From positions 369,830,001-369,894,000 of the forward strand of contig OZ024741.1 of NCBI GenBank assembly GCA_964016885.1: DNA of 64,000 nucleotides, given 5' to 3'. Made by a program: the position numbers and the translations under genes. This DNA is from Eledone cirrhosa (Eukaryota). Of this stretch, positions 29,064 through 39,955 are shown in pieces; position 1 is the first letter of the stretch; each line of letters starts with the position of its first letter. The notes below the pieces were generated by a model. It saw nothing but the letters and a program-made list of their open reading frames with translations, was not told where the DNA came from and ran no database searches.

Positions 29064-31200
29064 TTGCGTAAGCTCATGCAGCGCTCACGTAATGGAGAGA
29101 TAGCATGCTTTCCAACAGACAAGTCTGGCAGAATGTCGGTTGACAGCCTGCCAAACTACATCCAGGCAATGCAACCCCACATCACTAACACAAGAGAGGT
29201 AACACCACAGGAGCATAAGGATAGAGAAAAAACCCTCAATGCCCATATGGTGATGTGGACGAATATAATGCAGCCCAACAAAAGGACTGCCAACAACTTC
29301 CAGGCCTGGAACAATGACGTGCCAGCGTTGTATGGGCTTCGAAAAGACCATAACACGAGCTGGGACCCTGTCGCGGGACCACCAACACGGCCAGTCTGTG
29401 GGGCTAACATTGCTAGTAACTACAGACTGTCCTACTTCCTCTCCCTGATCATACGCCCCATCATTGAGATGTCCCCAGATGTGTGTGACAGCACGGAGGA
29501 CCTCCTCAGCAGAATCGGAGCGGGTAACCGATCTGGGGACCTAACAAACTGCATAATAGGCAGTATGGATGTTGTGTCCCTGTATCCATCTATTGACGTG
29601 GATTTTGCTGTGGAGAAATGCGTAGAAATGATCAGCGAGAGCAAGGTTGAGTTCCGTGGGATTGATACCAGTGAGCTGGGACTTCTACTTAAGCTTACCC
29701 ATAGTAATAGTTACCTAGACACTTATGACCTTAGCAACCTGTGCCCTACAAGACCAGCAAGAGGCAGACCACCTACCATTACCTCAATGGCCAAGAAAAC
29801 CCACACAGATAGATGGAACGGGTGGACCAGAGCCATACTGACACCCGAAAACCACGATGAACTGAAGAAAATGATTGCACATGCGGTAGGGGCCAGCATA
29901 AAATTAACCCTTAAGGAACATATGTTCAAATTTAATGGAAGAACATATGCCCAAGAGGAAGGAGCAGCCATTGGTGTTAGCATTGCAGGCGACATAGCTA
30001 ACTTATTCATGGTATGGTGGGACAGTAGACTTAAACAAAAACTTAATGAACAATTAGAAGACAGCTTAACCCTGATAATGTACTCCCGCTACGTAGATGA
30101 TATAAACATCGTAGTTAAGACACCCCCACTAAAGAATAGTCAGGAACTAGAGAAAAACACAATGGAAAGCATCCAGCAAATAGCAAACTCCATCCACCAG
30201 AGCATTAGAGTTACTATAGTCTACCCAAGTAGACACCCCAACCATCGATTACCTGTACTAGACACAGAGCTCTGGTTAGATACCATTAACAACCAAAAAC
30301 AAATCCTCCATTCCCATTATGCCAAACCCATGACTTCCAAACATCTGATCCACCGAAACTCGGCCATTTCGGACCATACCAAAATCAACATACTGATTGC
30401 GGATTTGGTACGGGTGATGAGAAATGTCTCCCGCATGTGCAACCCCGAAGAACTAGAGAGACGCATACAACACTTCATCCACCGTATGCAGTTCTCTGGC
30501 TACAATCAGAGAGATAGAATCAGAGTGTATAAAGGAGCCAGAACCAAATGGGAAAAAATGGTAAGTAATGACATAAATGGGACCTGCCCCTTGTATAGGA
30601 GCAAATTTTGGAATAGAATAGAAAGAACTAGGAACAAGGCCAATAGAATAAACTCATGGTATGATAGCAATAAATACCAGAGTGTAATGTTCATCAATAC
30701 AACCCCTAGAGGCGAACTAGCCTACAAATTTAGAAGGGCCCTAAATAAACATAATCTCAATATTAAGATAGTAGAAAGACCAGGTACCTCCGTAAAAACA
30801 CTTATTAGCAAGACATACCCGTTCCAAAGACCCTTATTATAGATAAGAAATGTATAACCTGTAAAATAAGCCCCCCATATTAACTGTAAAACTAGAAATG
30901 TAGTGTATAGCATAAGATGTACTGAAGGACAATGTAGAAACAAAAATATAGTATACATAGGTGAGACAGCTCGTAGTATAGGGGAACGAATATATGAACA
31001 CTGGCGAGACCTCCAAGATAATAAAGAATCATCTGTGCTCTACCAACATGCTAAATAGAACACAGGGTTAGATTAGAGAGCATAGAAATAAAAATAGAAT
31101 CCACACACAGAAAAGACGCAATGTTTAGGCAAATTACAGAGGCAGTAAGCATAAAAGAATTAAAACCAAAATTAAATAGAAAATATGAGTGGAACAGCAA
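29064..31200 (+). pseudogene. Penelope RT (open 29064-30842) plus disrupted GIY-YIG endonuclease
   Basis: RT motifs TDKSG, GSMDVVSLYPSI, QEEGAAIG, YSRYVDDI, LPVLD. Downstream reads NCKTRNVVYSIRC...VYIGETARSIGERIYEH and RQITEAVSI..LKPKLN, with stops in between. Confidence 0.9.
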
Positions 31201-31520
31201 CATCACAACTTACAATTAAGGACAAAATGAAAACACACACAGGACAAAATGAAAACACACACACACATAGAACAAACAACTTACAATTAAGGACAAAATG
31301 AAAACACACACAGGACAAAATGAAAACACACACACACATAGAACAAACAACCAACCAACAATAAATAAATAAATAAATAAACAAATAGATAAATGAACAC
31401 AAACACACACAGACACCCGGATGTGGCGCATGCGCAAACTGAGCACACAACACACACACAGAAACAAAATGGCGTAGGATAGAAGAAAGGAAAGGCACAG
31501 AAACAAAGAAAGGAATCCCC

Positions 31521-31565
31521 AGTCACTGAAGAGGTCACAGAGTGTGTGACGAAAGGACTATGACT
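31521..31565 (+). ncRNA. Minimal hammerhead ribozyme in the Penelope pLTR (inverted twin at 28723-28767, minus strand)
   Basis: AGTCA-CTGAAGA-G-GTCAC(agagtgt)GTGAC-GAAA-GGAC-TA-TGACT, with a perfect stem I and stem II. Confidence 0.8.
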
Positions 31566-31773
31566 ATAAACAACTATCTGGTTGTGGAACCAACCAACCA
31601 ACCAGAAATTTATGAGTTTGTAAATTTATAAATTTATAAATATATAATAAATTGAAGTGAAAGCAACTGGTGCGTGTGTTTCTTATTGGCAACATGACCC
31701 TCCCAAAGTATAACAATATCGGTTTCAACACACGATTTCAGATAAAGAATCTTGCTAAACAAATTCAGAAACG

Positions 31774-31811
<38 letters not shown>

Positions 31812-31812
<1 letters not shown>

Positions 31813-32194
31813 AAGTTTTATTTAAATTGTTGGGTTACAACGAGTAAATATTTATAACTGATATAAAAGCACTCAACATGAATTTCTTCTCTCTATCTAT
31901 CTCTCTATATCTATCTCTCTCGGTTTTTCGTTGCATGCATTTCTTCTGTTTCTTCGTTTTCTTTCTTTCTTTCTTTTCTTTTTCTCTATAACTGTCCCTA
32001 ACATTTTTCACTACCAAATCAACTTTTTAAATGGAAGTTGAAGTGTAAGGTATGTCAAATCTATCTATTTATAAGACTGTTTATATTGTATTTTGTCTGA
32101 TGAAGGCATACCATATTTTTAATATGATATCCATGAAATATATATAATGAAATAAATATGGTTTTATAAATATGGTTTCCATTTATTTAATATC

Positions 32195-32200
<6 letters not shown>
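31812..32200 (+). mobile_element. Penelope-type 3'-end remnant with hammerhead motif; unedited paralogue of the 39.5-39.9 kb hairpin
   Basis: CTGATGA...GAAA-TATATA-TA at ~32097-32146. 31812-31878 matches 39497-39563 and ~32048-32198 aligns with ~39804-39955. Confidence 0.75.
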
Positions 32201-32257
<57 letters not shown>

Positions 32258-32543
32258 ATAAAATAACAGATTAAAGTTTAAGCAAAGAATCGGTGCTTTC
32301 ACCCTTAACGGGATCTTCTGAAACTAACAAAGTCAATCTGTAAACGCAGAAGTGGATATTTCAAAAAACGTTGCAGCCGGAGGAAGACAGGAAGACGATA
32401 CTTTGGTTCGTGGAAACGTTCCCTGGCAAAGAACGGGAAAAAACGAATATAATACGTCATTAATTGAATTTTAGTCTTCAAATTTATTATTATTACTATA
32501 TTAATATTATATCTATATATATATCTATATATCTATATATATA

Positions 32544-32614
<71 letters not shown>

Positions 32615-32652
32615 ACTATATATATATATATAAATATATGTATGCATGTATG

Positions 32653-33260
32653 TCAGGTCACCAGTTGGTGCTATGGTATCATGTATTTCAGTACAACCTG
32701 TCCCATGGTCGGGTCGTTGGCGACTTAACTGGCAACCCCACGAAGGTTTCTTGGTGAGGAGGGTGACTTTGGACATCCTGCAGGACTAAACACAAAACCT
32801 GTCAAAGGGCAAAGGAGCTCTTAAGAGTCAAAGGCCATCCAAAATCACCGGGAGGGATGACCCCTTAAGCCTTTGTCAAGGCAGAATTCTAGGAGAAGGA
32901 AAACTCTGATATAACACCTGCAACCCTGATGGTATCCAATGATGTTGACTTGTTGTTCTTTTTGGTAAATATCATCTTGGTTAAGAGAGTGGGACTGGCT
33001 TTGTGCAGTGCCTTTGCTCACTATAAAAGATTCACGGCACAGGCATTGCTTTATATCTGGAGATCTCTCTGCACTTGTTGTCACATGGTACCATGGGCCC
33101 AGCACTGTATCAATAATTGTCACAGGTGTAGTGTTTGTACCAGAGTTTTCAAGTCGCTGGCTGGACTAAAAAGCCACACTCGTTCAACGCATCGGTAGGG
33201 GTTCTCCTACATGGATATAAAGTTGTGGCCGTACTCGAAAACGAGTTGGCAGCCACCATG
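32653..33260 (+). mobile_element. Non-autonomous RTE-derived element, copy 1
   Basis: RTE 5'-UTR-like blocks plus a terminal zinc-finger remnant (CSVCTRVFKSLAGLKSHTRSTH) and the end CTCGAAAACGAG...GCAGCCACCATG. Confidence 0.85.
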
Positions 33261-33326
33261 TATATATATATATATATATATATATTGGCACACATATACA
33301 CTAAGTAAACGCATTTGTTTGACAGT

Positions 33327-33880
33327 CTCATGCTCAGGTCGTTGGCGACTAAACTGGCAACCCCACCAAGGTTTCTTGGTGAGGAGGGTGACTTTGGACA
33401 TCCTGCAGGACTAAAATCAAAACCTGTCAAAGGGCAAAGGAGCTCTTAAGAGTCAATGGCCATCCAAAATCACCGGGAGAGATGACCCCTTAGCCTTTGT
33501 CAGAATTCTAGGAGAAGGAAAACTCTGATATAACACCTGCAACTCTGATGTTATCCAATGATGTTGACTTGTTCTTCTTTTTGGTAAATATCATCTTGGT
33601 TAAGAGAGTTGGACTGGCTTTGTGCAGTGCCTTTGCTCGCTATAAAAGCTTCACGGCACAGCATTGCTTTATATCTGGAGATCTCTCTGCACTTGTCGTC
33701 ACATGGTACCATGGGCCCAGCACTATGTGTCAATAATTGTCACAGATGTAGTGTTTGTACCAGAGTTTTCAAGTCGCTGGCTGGACTAAAAAGTCACACT
33801 CGTTCAGCGCATTGGTAGGGGTTCTCCTACATGGATATAAAGTTGTGGCCGTACTCGAAAACGAGTTGGCAGCCACCATG
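33327..33880 (+). mobile_element. Non-autonomous RTE-derived element, copy 2, with (TATG)n tail to 34008
   Basis: Near-identical to copy 1. Confidence 0.85.
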
Positions 33881-34707
33881 TATGTATGTATGTATGTATG
33901 TATGTATGTATGTATGTATGTATGTATGTATGTATGTATGTGTGTATGTGTGTATGTATGTATGTATGTATGTATGTATGTATGTATGTATGTATGTATG
34001 TATGTATGAGGGAGCTTATAGATAGGACAACACACGCTGTCTCTTCGTGGGGTAAGTTTTTAATTAATTTTTGTATTCTGAAACATCAAAATACAACAAT
34101 TTGTTGGTTACTGGACTCGGGAATGTCACGACAGAAGTTTGTGGAAGTTACACAAATATTTTAGTATATTTTAGCAGAGCAATCCTTATTTATATTTTAC
34201 ATTTACTTACATCTCAATATAACATGGCTAGAATTCAAATTTTGCTAAGAGAAGAAAACGGTCAAATGAACTAGATACATCTCACTGTCCACACCACCAC
34301 AATAACGTCTACACTCTCTCCCCACCATCACATGTCATTACCATACCATACCCTATCGAGACTAAAGTCATCGACCTGTTGTCAAACTCTCTACTCTCTG
34401 ATGAATGTATATATATATATGTGTGTGTATGTATATGTGTGTATATACATCACTCAGTCAAACAACCAGATTTCAACCCCAACATCTACAACAACAACAA
34501 CACCGGCACTAATGTTTACAGCAACAACAGCTTCAGAATGAACTGAAATGAACATTTACAACAATTACAGCAACAACAACAACAGCGGCATCAAAACATA
34601 AAAAAAGGAAGGGAAAAGAAAAAAGAAAAGGGAAGGGGAAAAAAAAAAAAAAAAAAAAAAAAAGGAGAAAAAAAAGAAAGGAAAAAAAAAAAAAAACTCA
34701 AAATAAC

Positions 34708-34754
<47 letters not shown>

Positions 34755-35191
34755 CAGAACAACAACATCAACTGCCACCACCACCACCACCGCCACCGCC
34801 GTCGCCATCACCATCACCAGCGACCTTAAGAACAACTTTAATAATAATTTTTCTGCTTTTGGCACGGATCCAGCGACTGGCCAGCGCATCACTGGTACTC
34901 TCTTTTGTTGACTCCGTGGAGAGCCATAACTCTATGCTGTAAAGCAATTATAGTAATACTGGACTGTAATACGATCGGCTTCAACTATACAAACTCTTGA
35001 AAGTCAACAGTTGACATAATCTGGTAATCTTGTATCAGTAATGACGGTAATATATATATATATATATGTGTGTGTGTGCGTGTAAGTGAGTAGAGTAGCG
35101 TGTGTGTGTGTTTGTTGTGTGTGTGAGTGTTGCTGTGTGCACGCATATGTATGCGTGTGTGTGTATGTCGTACGTATAAGTGTCAATAAGT

Positions 35192-35231
<40 letters not shown>

Positions 35232-35530
35232 GCGGGGACATAGAAATAATCGGGCTGGATGCCCGATCGCGCAGTTAAACCACTGGGAGTGAAGAACCCC
35301 TAGCCCATGTCAGGGTATTCTTCTAGGAGAAGGCATCTCAGGAAACTGGGTTAACTCCGATATAAAACCTGCGGCTCAGTAGTTACCGATGATGTTGATC
35401 TTTTCTTCTTTTCGGGTTATAGCTACTGTCGCTCAGAGAGTGGGATTGGTTCAGTGCACAGTCTTTCCTCACTTTAAAAATATTCGTCACGCACAGGCAT
35501 TGCACGAGTGCATTAATAATTATTAATAGT

Positions 35531-35576
<46 letters not shown>

Positions 35577-35581
35577 TATTA

Positions 35582-35613
<32 letters not shown>

Positions 35614-35622
35614 CCCAATTCA

Positions 35623-38600
35623 ATGATGTTCCAGAACAATGTAAACGAGATAATTGCCAATTTGGGTTCTGGAACAAAAAAGATCATTGGCAATAAGGGC
35701 AGGGGCCCCAAGTTATCACAACCTGGGCCCGCCCGTCATCGTGCCATTGTAATAGAGCCAAACAGGGCATTTAGTCTTGGCTGCTGGAACGTACGGACGC
35801 TGCTTGACAGGGATTCTTTGGAGCGTCCTGAACGAAGGACCGCTCTTGTTGCGAAGGAGCTTCGACGTTACGATCTTGACATCGTGGCTTTGTCTGAGAC
35901 GAGGTTAGCTGGAGATGGTCATCTTACGGAATTTTGTGGAGAATATACATTCTTCTGGAAAGGAAGAGATGAAGGAACCAGAAGAGAGGCTGGGGTAGGA
36001 TTTGCTGTTAAGACTGTACTGGTGAATAAATTAGAAGAATTCCCAGTGGGGATTAGTGAGCGTCTTATGTCCATGAGAGTTCCGCTGGACAAGGGAAGAT
36101 ATGCTACCCTGGTGAGTGTGTATGCTCCAACTATGAATTCTGTCGATGAAGAAAAACTGTCCTTTTACCATGCCTTGAAAGGTGTTTTAAGAAATATCCC
36201 TCAGGCAGACAAAGTCATCGTGCTTGGTGACTTTAATGCTAGAGTGGGTAGGGATTTTAACACATGGAATGTAATCGGAAGGCATGGGGTGGGAAAGTGT
36301 AACAGCAATGGTATGCTCTTGCTGCAGATGTGTGAGGAGCTGGATCTGTGTGTTACCAACACCATGTTCCAACAAAAGAACAAATTCAAGACCACATGGA
36401 TGCATCCTGCATCTAGGGAATGGCATCTTTTGGACTACGTCCTAGTCAGGATGCGTGACAGACAGGATGTGCGGTGTGTTCGTGTTCTTCGTGGAGCTGA
36501 GTGCTGGACGGACCACCGCCTGGTACGCGCAAAAGTGAATCTAATCACCAAACGTAAAATCCGGGCTCCTGGTGTTACCCTGCCCAAAAGATTGAATGCT
36601 GCTCGTCTTAAGGATAAAAATGTGAAGAGGACATTGGAAGAAGAGATGCAGGCTGCAGATCTTGGTGAGGATTGGCCGACCCTTAAAAAGTCGGTTTATG
36701 ATGTAGGCAGACGTGTTCTGGGATTGGTGCAGAGAAAACATCAGGACTGGTTTAATGAGAAAGATGTGCATATAGATGACTTGTTGGCTGATAAGAGGCG
36801 CGCTCTGTCACGCTACTTGACGGCAAGACCACAGGAGAGGAATACGTTGCATGAGGAGCTCAGGGATGTAAAATCACGTGTTAGGCGGAGTCTTTCTCAG
36901 ATGAAGGATCAGTGGTGGAGTGAGAAGGCTGGTGAGATACAAACTGCGTCTGATTGCAATAACACAAAGCTGTTGTACAGTCTCTTGCGTGAGGTTTATG
37001 GACCGTCTTCTTCTCTGGTGACACCGATTCGCAGCAGGGATGGCAAAGAACTTCTTCGTGACTCACAGGGAATTCTACGAAGGTGGCGAGAGCACTTTGA
37101 TGATCTTTTGAATCAGCCGTCTGTCGTCAGTGAAGATTTCCTCAATCTCGTTCCGGAAAGTCCTGTGAAAGTAGCTCTCGCAGAGCCTCCGACACTTGTG
37201 GAGGTTGCAGTGGCTATTTCGAAGCTGAACAGTGGAAGATCTCCAGGTATGGATGGCATACATGCTGAGCTCCTACAATATGGTGGTGAGAGACTCCTGC
37301 AACATCTTCACTCTCTGTTTGGAAGGATATGGGCTAATGAATCCGTGCCTGAGGACTGGAGAGATGCAGTAATGGTGGTCTTGTACAAGGGAAAGGGTAA
37401 CAGGAATGATTGTGGGAACTACAGAGGTATATCATTGCTTTCTGTCGTGGGGAAAGTTTTATGTAGGGTGCTTCTGGACCGTCTGCTGACACACATTGCA
37501 GATTGTGTCCTTCCTGAAAGTCAATCTGGTTTTCGTGTTGGACGCGGCACTACTGATATGATCTTCTCAGCTAGACAGCTCCAGGAGAAGTGCATTGAAC
37601 AGGGCTTGGATCTGTATCAGGTTTTTGTCGATCTGACAAAGGCTTTCGATACTGTCAACAGAGATGCATTATGGAAGGTTCTCCAGAAACTTGGTTGCCC
37701 TGATAAGTTCCTTGCTTTAGTTAGGTCTTTCCATGACGACATGAAGGCTTGGGTTAATGTCGGAGGTAACATGTCGGAGCCTATCTCAGTAAAAAATGGA
37801 GTGAAACAGGGGGATATTCCAGCACCGACCCTGTTTGCCATATACTTTGCAATGGTTTTCTGTATTGCATTCAGGAATTGCGAGCATGGTGTTTACATCC
37901 GATATCGAACCTCAGGCAGCATATTTAACATCAGGCGCTTTGCTGCGAAGACAAAAGTGTTTACATCAGTCATAAGAGACCTCTTGTATGCAGATGATTG
38001 CGATCTTGTAGCGCACACAGAGAGTGATATGCAGCACATTTTGAATGTATTTTCTGACGCTTGCACTGCCCTGGGTTTGACTGTCAGTCTCAAGAAAACC
38101 GTCGTCATGTACCAACCTGCACCTGGTAGGCAGTACACTGAACCAAACATCTATGTGTATGGCAAACGACTTGGAGTGGTTGATCAGTTTGTCTACCTGG
38201 GAAGCACTGTCAATCGATACGGCAACCTTGACAGTGAAATCTCACTTAGGATTAGGAAAGCAAGTGATGCTTTCGGAAAGCTAGAAAGGCGACTCTGGGG
38301 TCGGCGAGACATATGCAGGAGGACAAAGGTAAAGGTGTACAGGGCATGTGTACTCTCTTGTCTTCTTTATGCCTGCGAGACCTGGGTCACATATCGACGC
38401 CACCTTAAGCAATTGGAGCGTTTCCATCAGATGTGTCTCAGACGGATACATGGCGTTCACTGGAGGGACCACATCAGTGATGTCGAGATTTTGGAAAGCT
38501 CTATGTGTGACAGTATAGAAGCTCTTGTGCTTAAGCAGCGACTCCGTTGGAGTGGTCACCTTGCCAGGATGAAGGATTCTAGAATACCAAAACAACTCTT

Positions 38601-39168
38601 CTATGGAGAGTTGGTTAAAGGAAAACGACCGCCACATAAACCAAAAAAGAGGTATAAGGATTCCTTGAAGGCCTCTCTGAAAGACGCTAACATCTCTGCT
38701 GATACATGGGAAAATATTGCTGCTGATCGTAATAAATGGAGAAAGACTGTATATGAGGGAAAAGTTGCCTTTGAGGCATCTCGAATCGCACACGAGAAAG
38801 TAAAGCGGGACGTGAGGAAGGGTATTGCTGTTGCACTTCCAGACGGCGAGGGTCCTCCTATGTTTCTGACATGCAGCGTCTGTGCGAGACTCTGCCTAAG
38901 CAAAGCTGGACTCGAAAGTCATCTTCGCAGTCATAAAGTAAGACCAGTGGTTGACTACCAGGCTGCTGTTGGAGATGCTACTCATCATGCTTGCCAAACA
39001 TGTGGTAGAGAATGTAAATCAGCAGGAGGACTCAAGCGACATGCAAAAGTACACGAACTCCAACCACAGCCGACTATTCCCAGTAAATGTTTTGGTTGCC
39101 GACTCTGTGCAAGACATTTTGGATCATTGGCTGGGCTAAAAAGCCACATTCGATCGCAGCACTGTTAG
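35623..39168 (+). CDS. RTE LINE polyprotein: APE endonuclease, reverse transcriptase and three C-terminal C2H2 zinc fingers
   Basis: Uninterrupted 1181 aa with WNVRTL, LSETR, GDFNARVG, LDYV, TDH, SPGMDG, YRGISLL, FVDLTKAFD, GVKQG, LYADD, YLGS. Fingers CSVC..H..H, CQTC..H..H and CRLC..H...H. Start codon uncertain. Confidence 0.95.
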   Translation: MMFQNNVNEIIANLGSGTKKIIGNKGRGPKLSQPGPARHRAIVIEPNRAFSLGCWNVRTLLDRDSLERPERRTALVAKELRRYDLDIVALSETRLAGDGHLTEFCGEYTFFWKGRDEGTRREAGVGFAVKTVLVNKLEEFPVGISERLMSMRVPLDKGRYATLVSVYAPTMNSVDEEKLSFYHALKGVLRNIPQADKVIVLGDFNARVGRDFNTWNVIGRHGVGKCNSNGMLLLQMCEELDLCVTNTMFQQKNKFKTTWMHPASREWHLLDYVLVRMRDRQDVRCVRVLRGAECWTDHRLVRAKVNLITKRKIRAPGVTLPKRLNAARLKDKNVKRTLEEEMQAADLGEDWPTLKKSVYDVGRRVLGLVQRKHQDWFNEKDVHIDDLLADKRRALSRYLTARPQERNTLHEELRDVKSRVRRSLSQMKDQWWSEKAGEIQTASDCNNTKLLYSLLREVYGPSSSLVTPIRSRDGKELLRDSQGILRRWREHFDDLLNQPSVVSEDFLNLVPESPVKVALAEPPTLVEVAVAISKLNSGRSPGMDGIHAELLQYGGERLLQHLHSLFGRIWANESVPEDWRDAVMVVLYKGKGNRNDCGNYRGISLLSVVGKVLCRVLLDRLLTHIADCVLPESQSGFRVGRGTTDMIFSARQLQEKCIEQGLDLYQVFVDLTKAFDTVNRDALWKVLQKLGCPDKFLALVRSFHDDMKAWVNVGGNMSEPISVKNGVKQGDIPAPTLFAIYFAMVFCIAFRNCEHGVYIRYRTSGSIFNIRRFAAKTKVFTSVIRDLLYADDCDLVAHTESDMQHILNVFSDACTALGLTVSLKKTVVMYQPAPGRQYTEPNIYVYGKRLGVVDQFVYLGSTVNRYGNLDSEISLRIRKASDAFGKLERRLWGRRDICRRTKVKVYRACVLSCLLYACETWVTYRRHLKQLERFHQMCLRRIHGVHWRDHISDVEILESSMCDSIEALVLKQRLRWSGHLARMKDSRIPKQLFYGELVKGKRPPHKPKKRYKDSLKASLKDANISADTWENIAADRNKWRKTVYEGKVAFEASRIAHEKVKRDVRKGIAVALPDGEGPPMFLTCSVCARLCLSKAGLESHLRSHKVRPVVDYQAAVGDATHHACQTCGRECKSAGGLKRHAKVHELQPQPTIPSKCFGCRLCARHFGSLAGLKSHIRSQHC

Positions 39169-39176
39169 TTGCTATC

Positions 39177-39220
<44 letters not shown>

Positions 39221-39299
39221 GCTTATGTGCGTGCGTGTGTGTGTATATATATATGAATATGTATATTATTATTGTTGTTGTCGTTATTATTATTATTGC

Positions 39300-39336
<37 letters not shown>

Positions 39337-39456
39337 GTTATTAATGTATGTGTGTATATATGTGTGAGTGTATGTGTATGTATGTGTGTGTGTATATATG
39401 TATGTATGTGTATGTATGTGTGTGTGTATATGTATGTGTATATATATATATGTATA

Positions 39457-39490
<34 letters not shown>

Positions 39491-39580
39491 CATGTAAAGT
39501 TATATTTAAAATTGTTGGGTTACAACTAGTAAATATTTATAACTGATATAAAAGCACTCGACAAATACTTGGAGTATATT

Positions 39581-39955
39581 TACAATATTGAATGAATGGA
39601 AGGCTATATTTGTGGGGCCATATTTGTTTCATTGTATGTGTTTCGGGGATATCATATTAACGGTGTGCTGTGCCTTCATCAGACGAGATACAATGTGGGC
39701 GGTTTTATAGATGAATATATTCGACATACCGTGGTAGACATCGGCTTCATTTGAAGAGGTTCACTGCTAGAGTGAACCTCTTCAAATGAAGTTGGTGTTT
39801 GTTGCGGTGTGTCGAGTATGTTTATCTGTGAAACTGTTTATATTGTGTTTTGTCTGATGAAGGCATAGCATGTTGTTGATGTGGTGTCCCCGAGGTGTAT
39901 ATAATGAGGTAGGTATGGTTTTGTAGATATGGTTTTCCATTTATTTGGTATTGTA
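39581..39955 (+). other. 185-bp hairpin with only Watson-Crick and G.T pairs (A-to-G hypermutated Penelope-end fold-back)
   Basis: Arms 39581-39765 and 39771-39955 with loop GCTAG. Hand count: 129 WC, 56 G.T, 0 other mismatches, 0 indels. Confidence 0.93.

Larger units (their letters stand above)
28571..31776 (+). mobile_element. Penelope-like retroelement, 5'-truncated, with inverted pseudo-LTRs
   Basis: 28571-28948 is the near-identical reverse complement of 31344-31717. RT and GIY-YIG coding sequence lies between them, and (TA)n flanks both sides. Confidence 0.92.

Noticed and set aside
33870-34008. Kozak-like GCCACCATG at the end of RTE derivatives opening MYVC-repeat ORFs
   Set aside because: It appears to be a coincidence of the terminal motif and tail, since sister copies read GCCATCAT.
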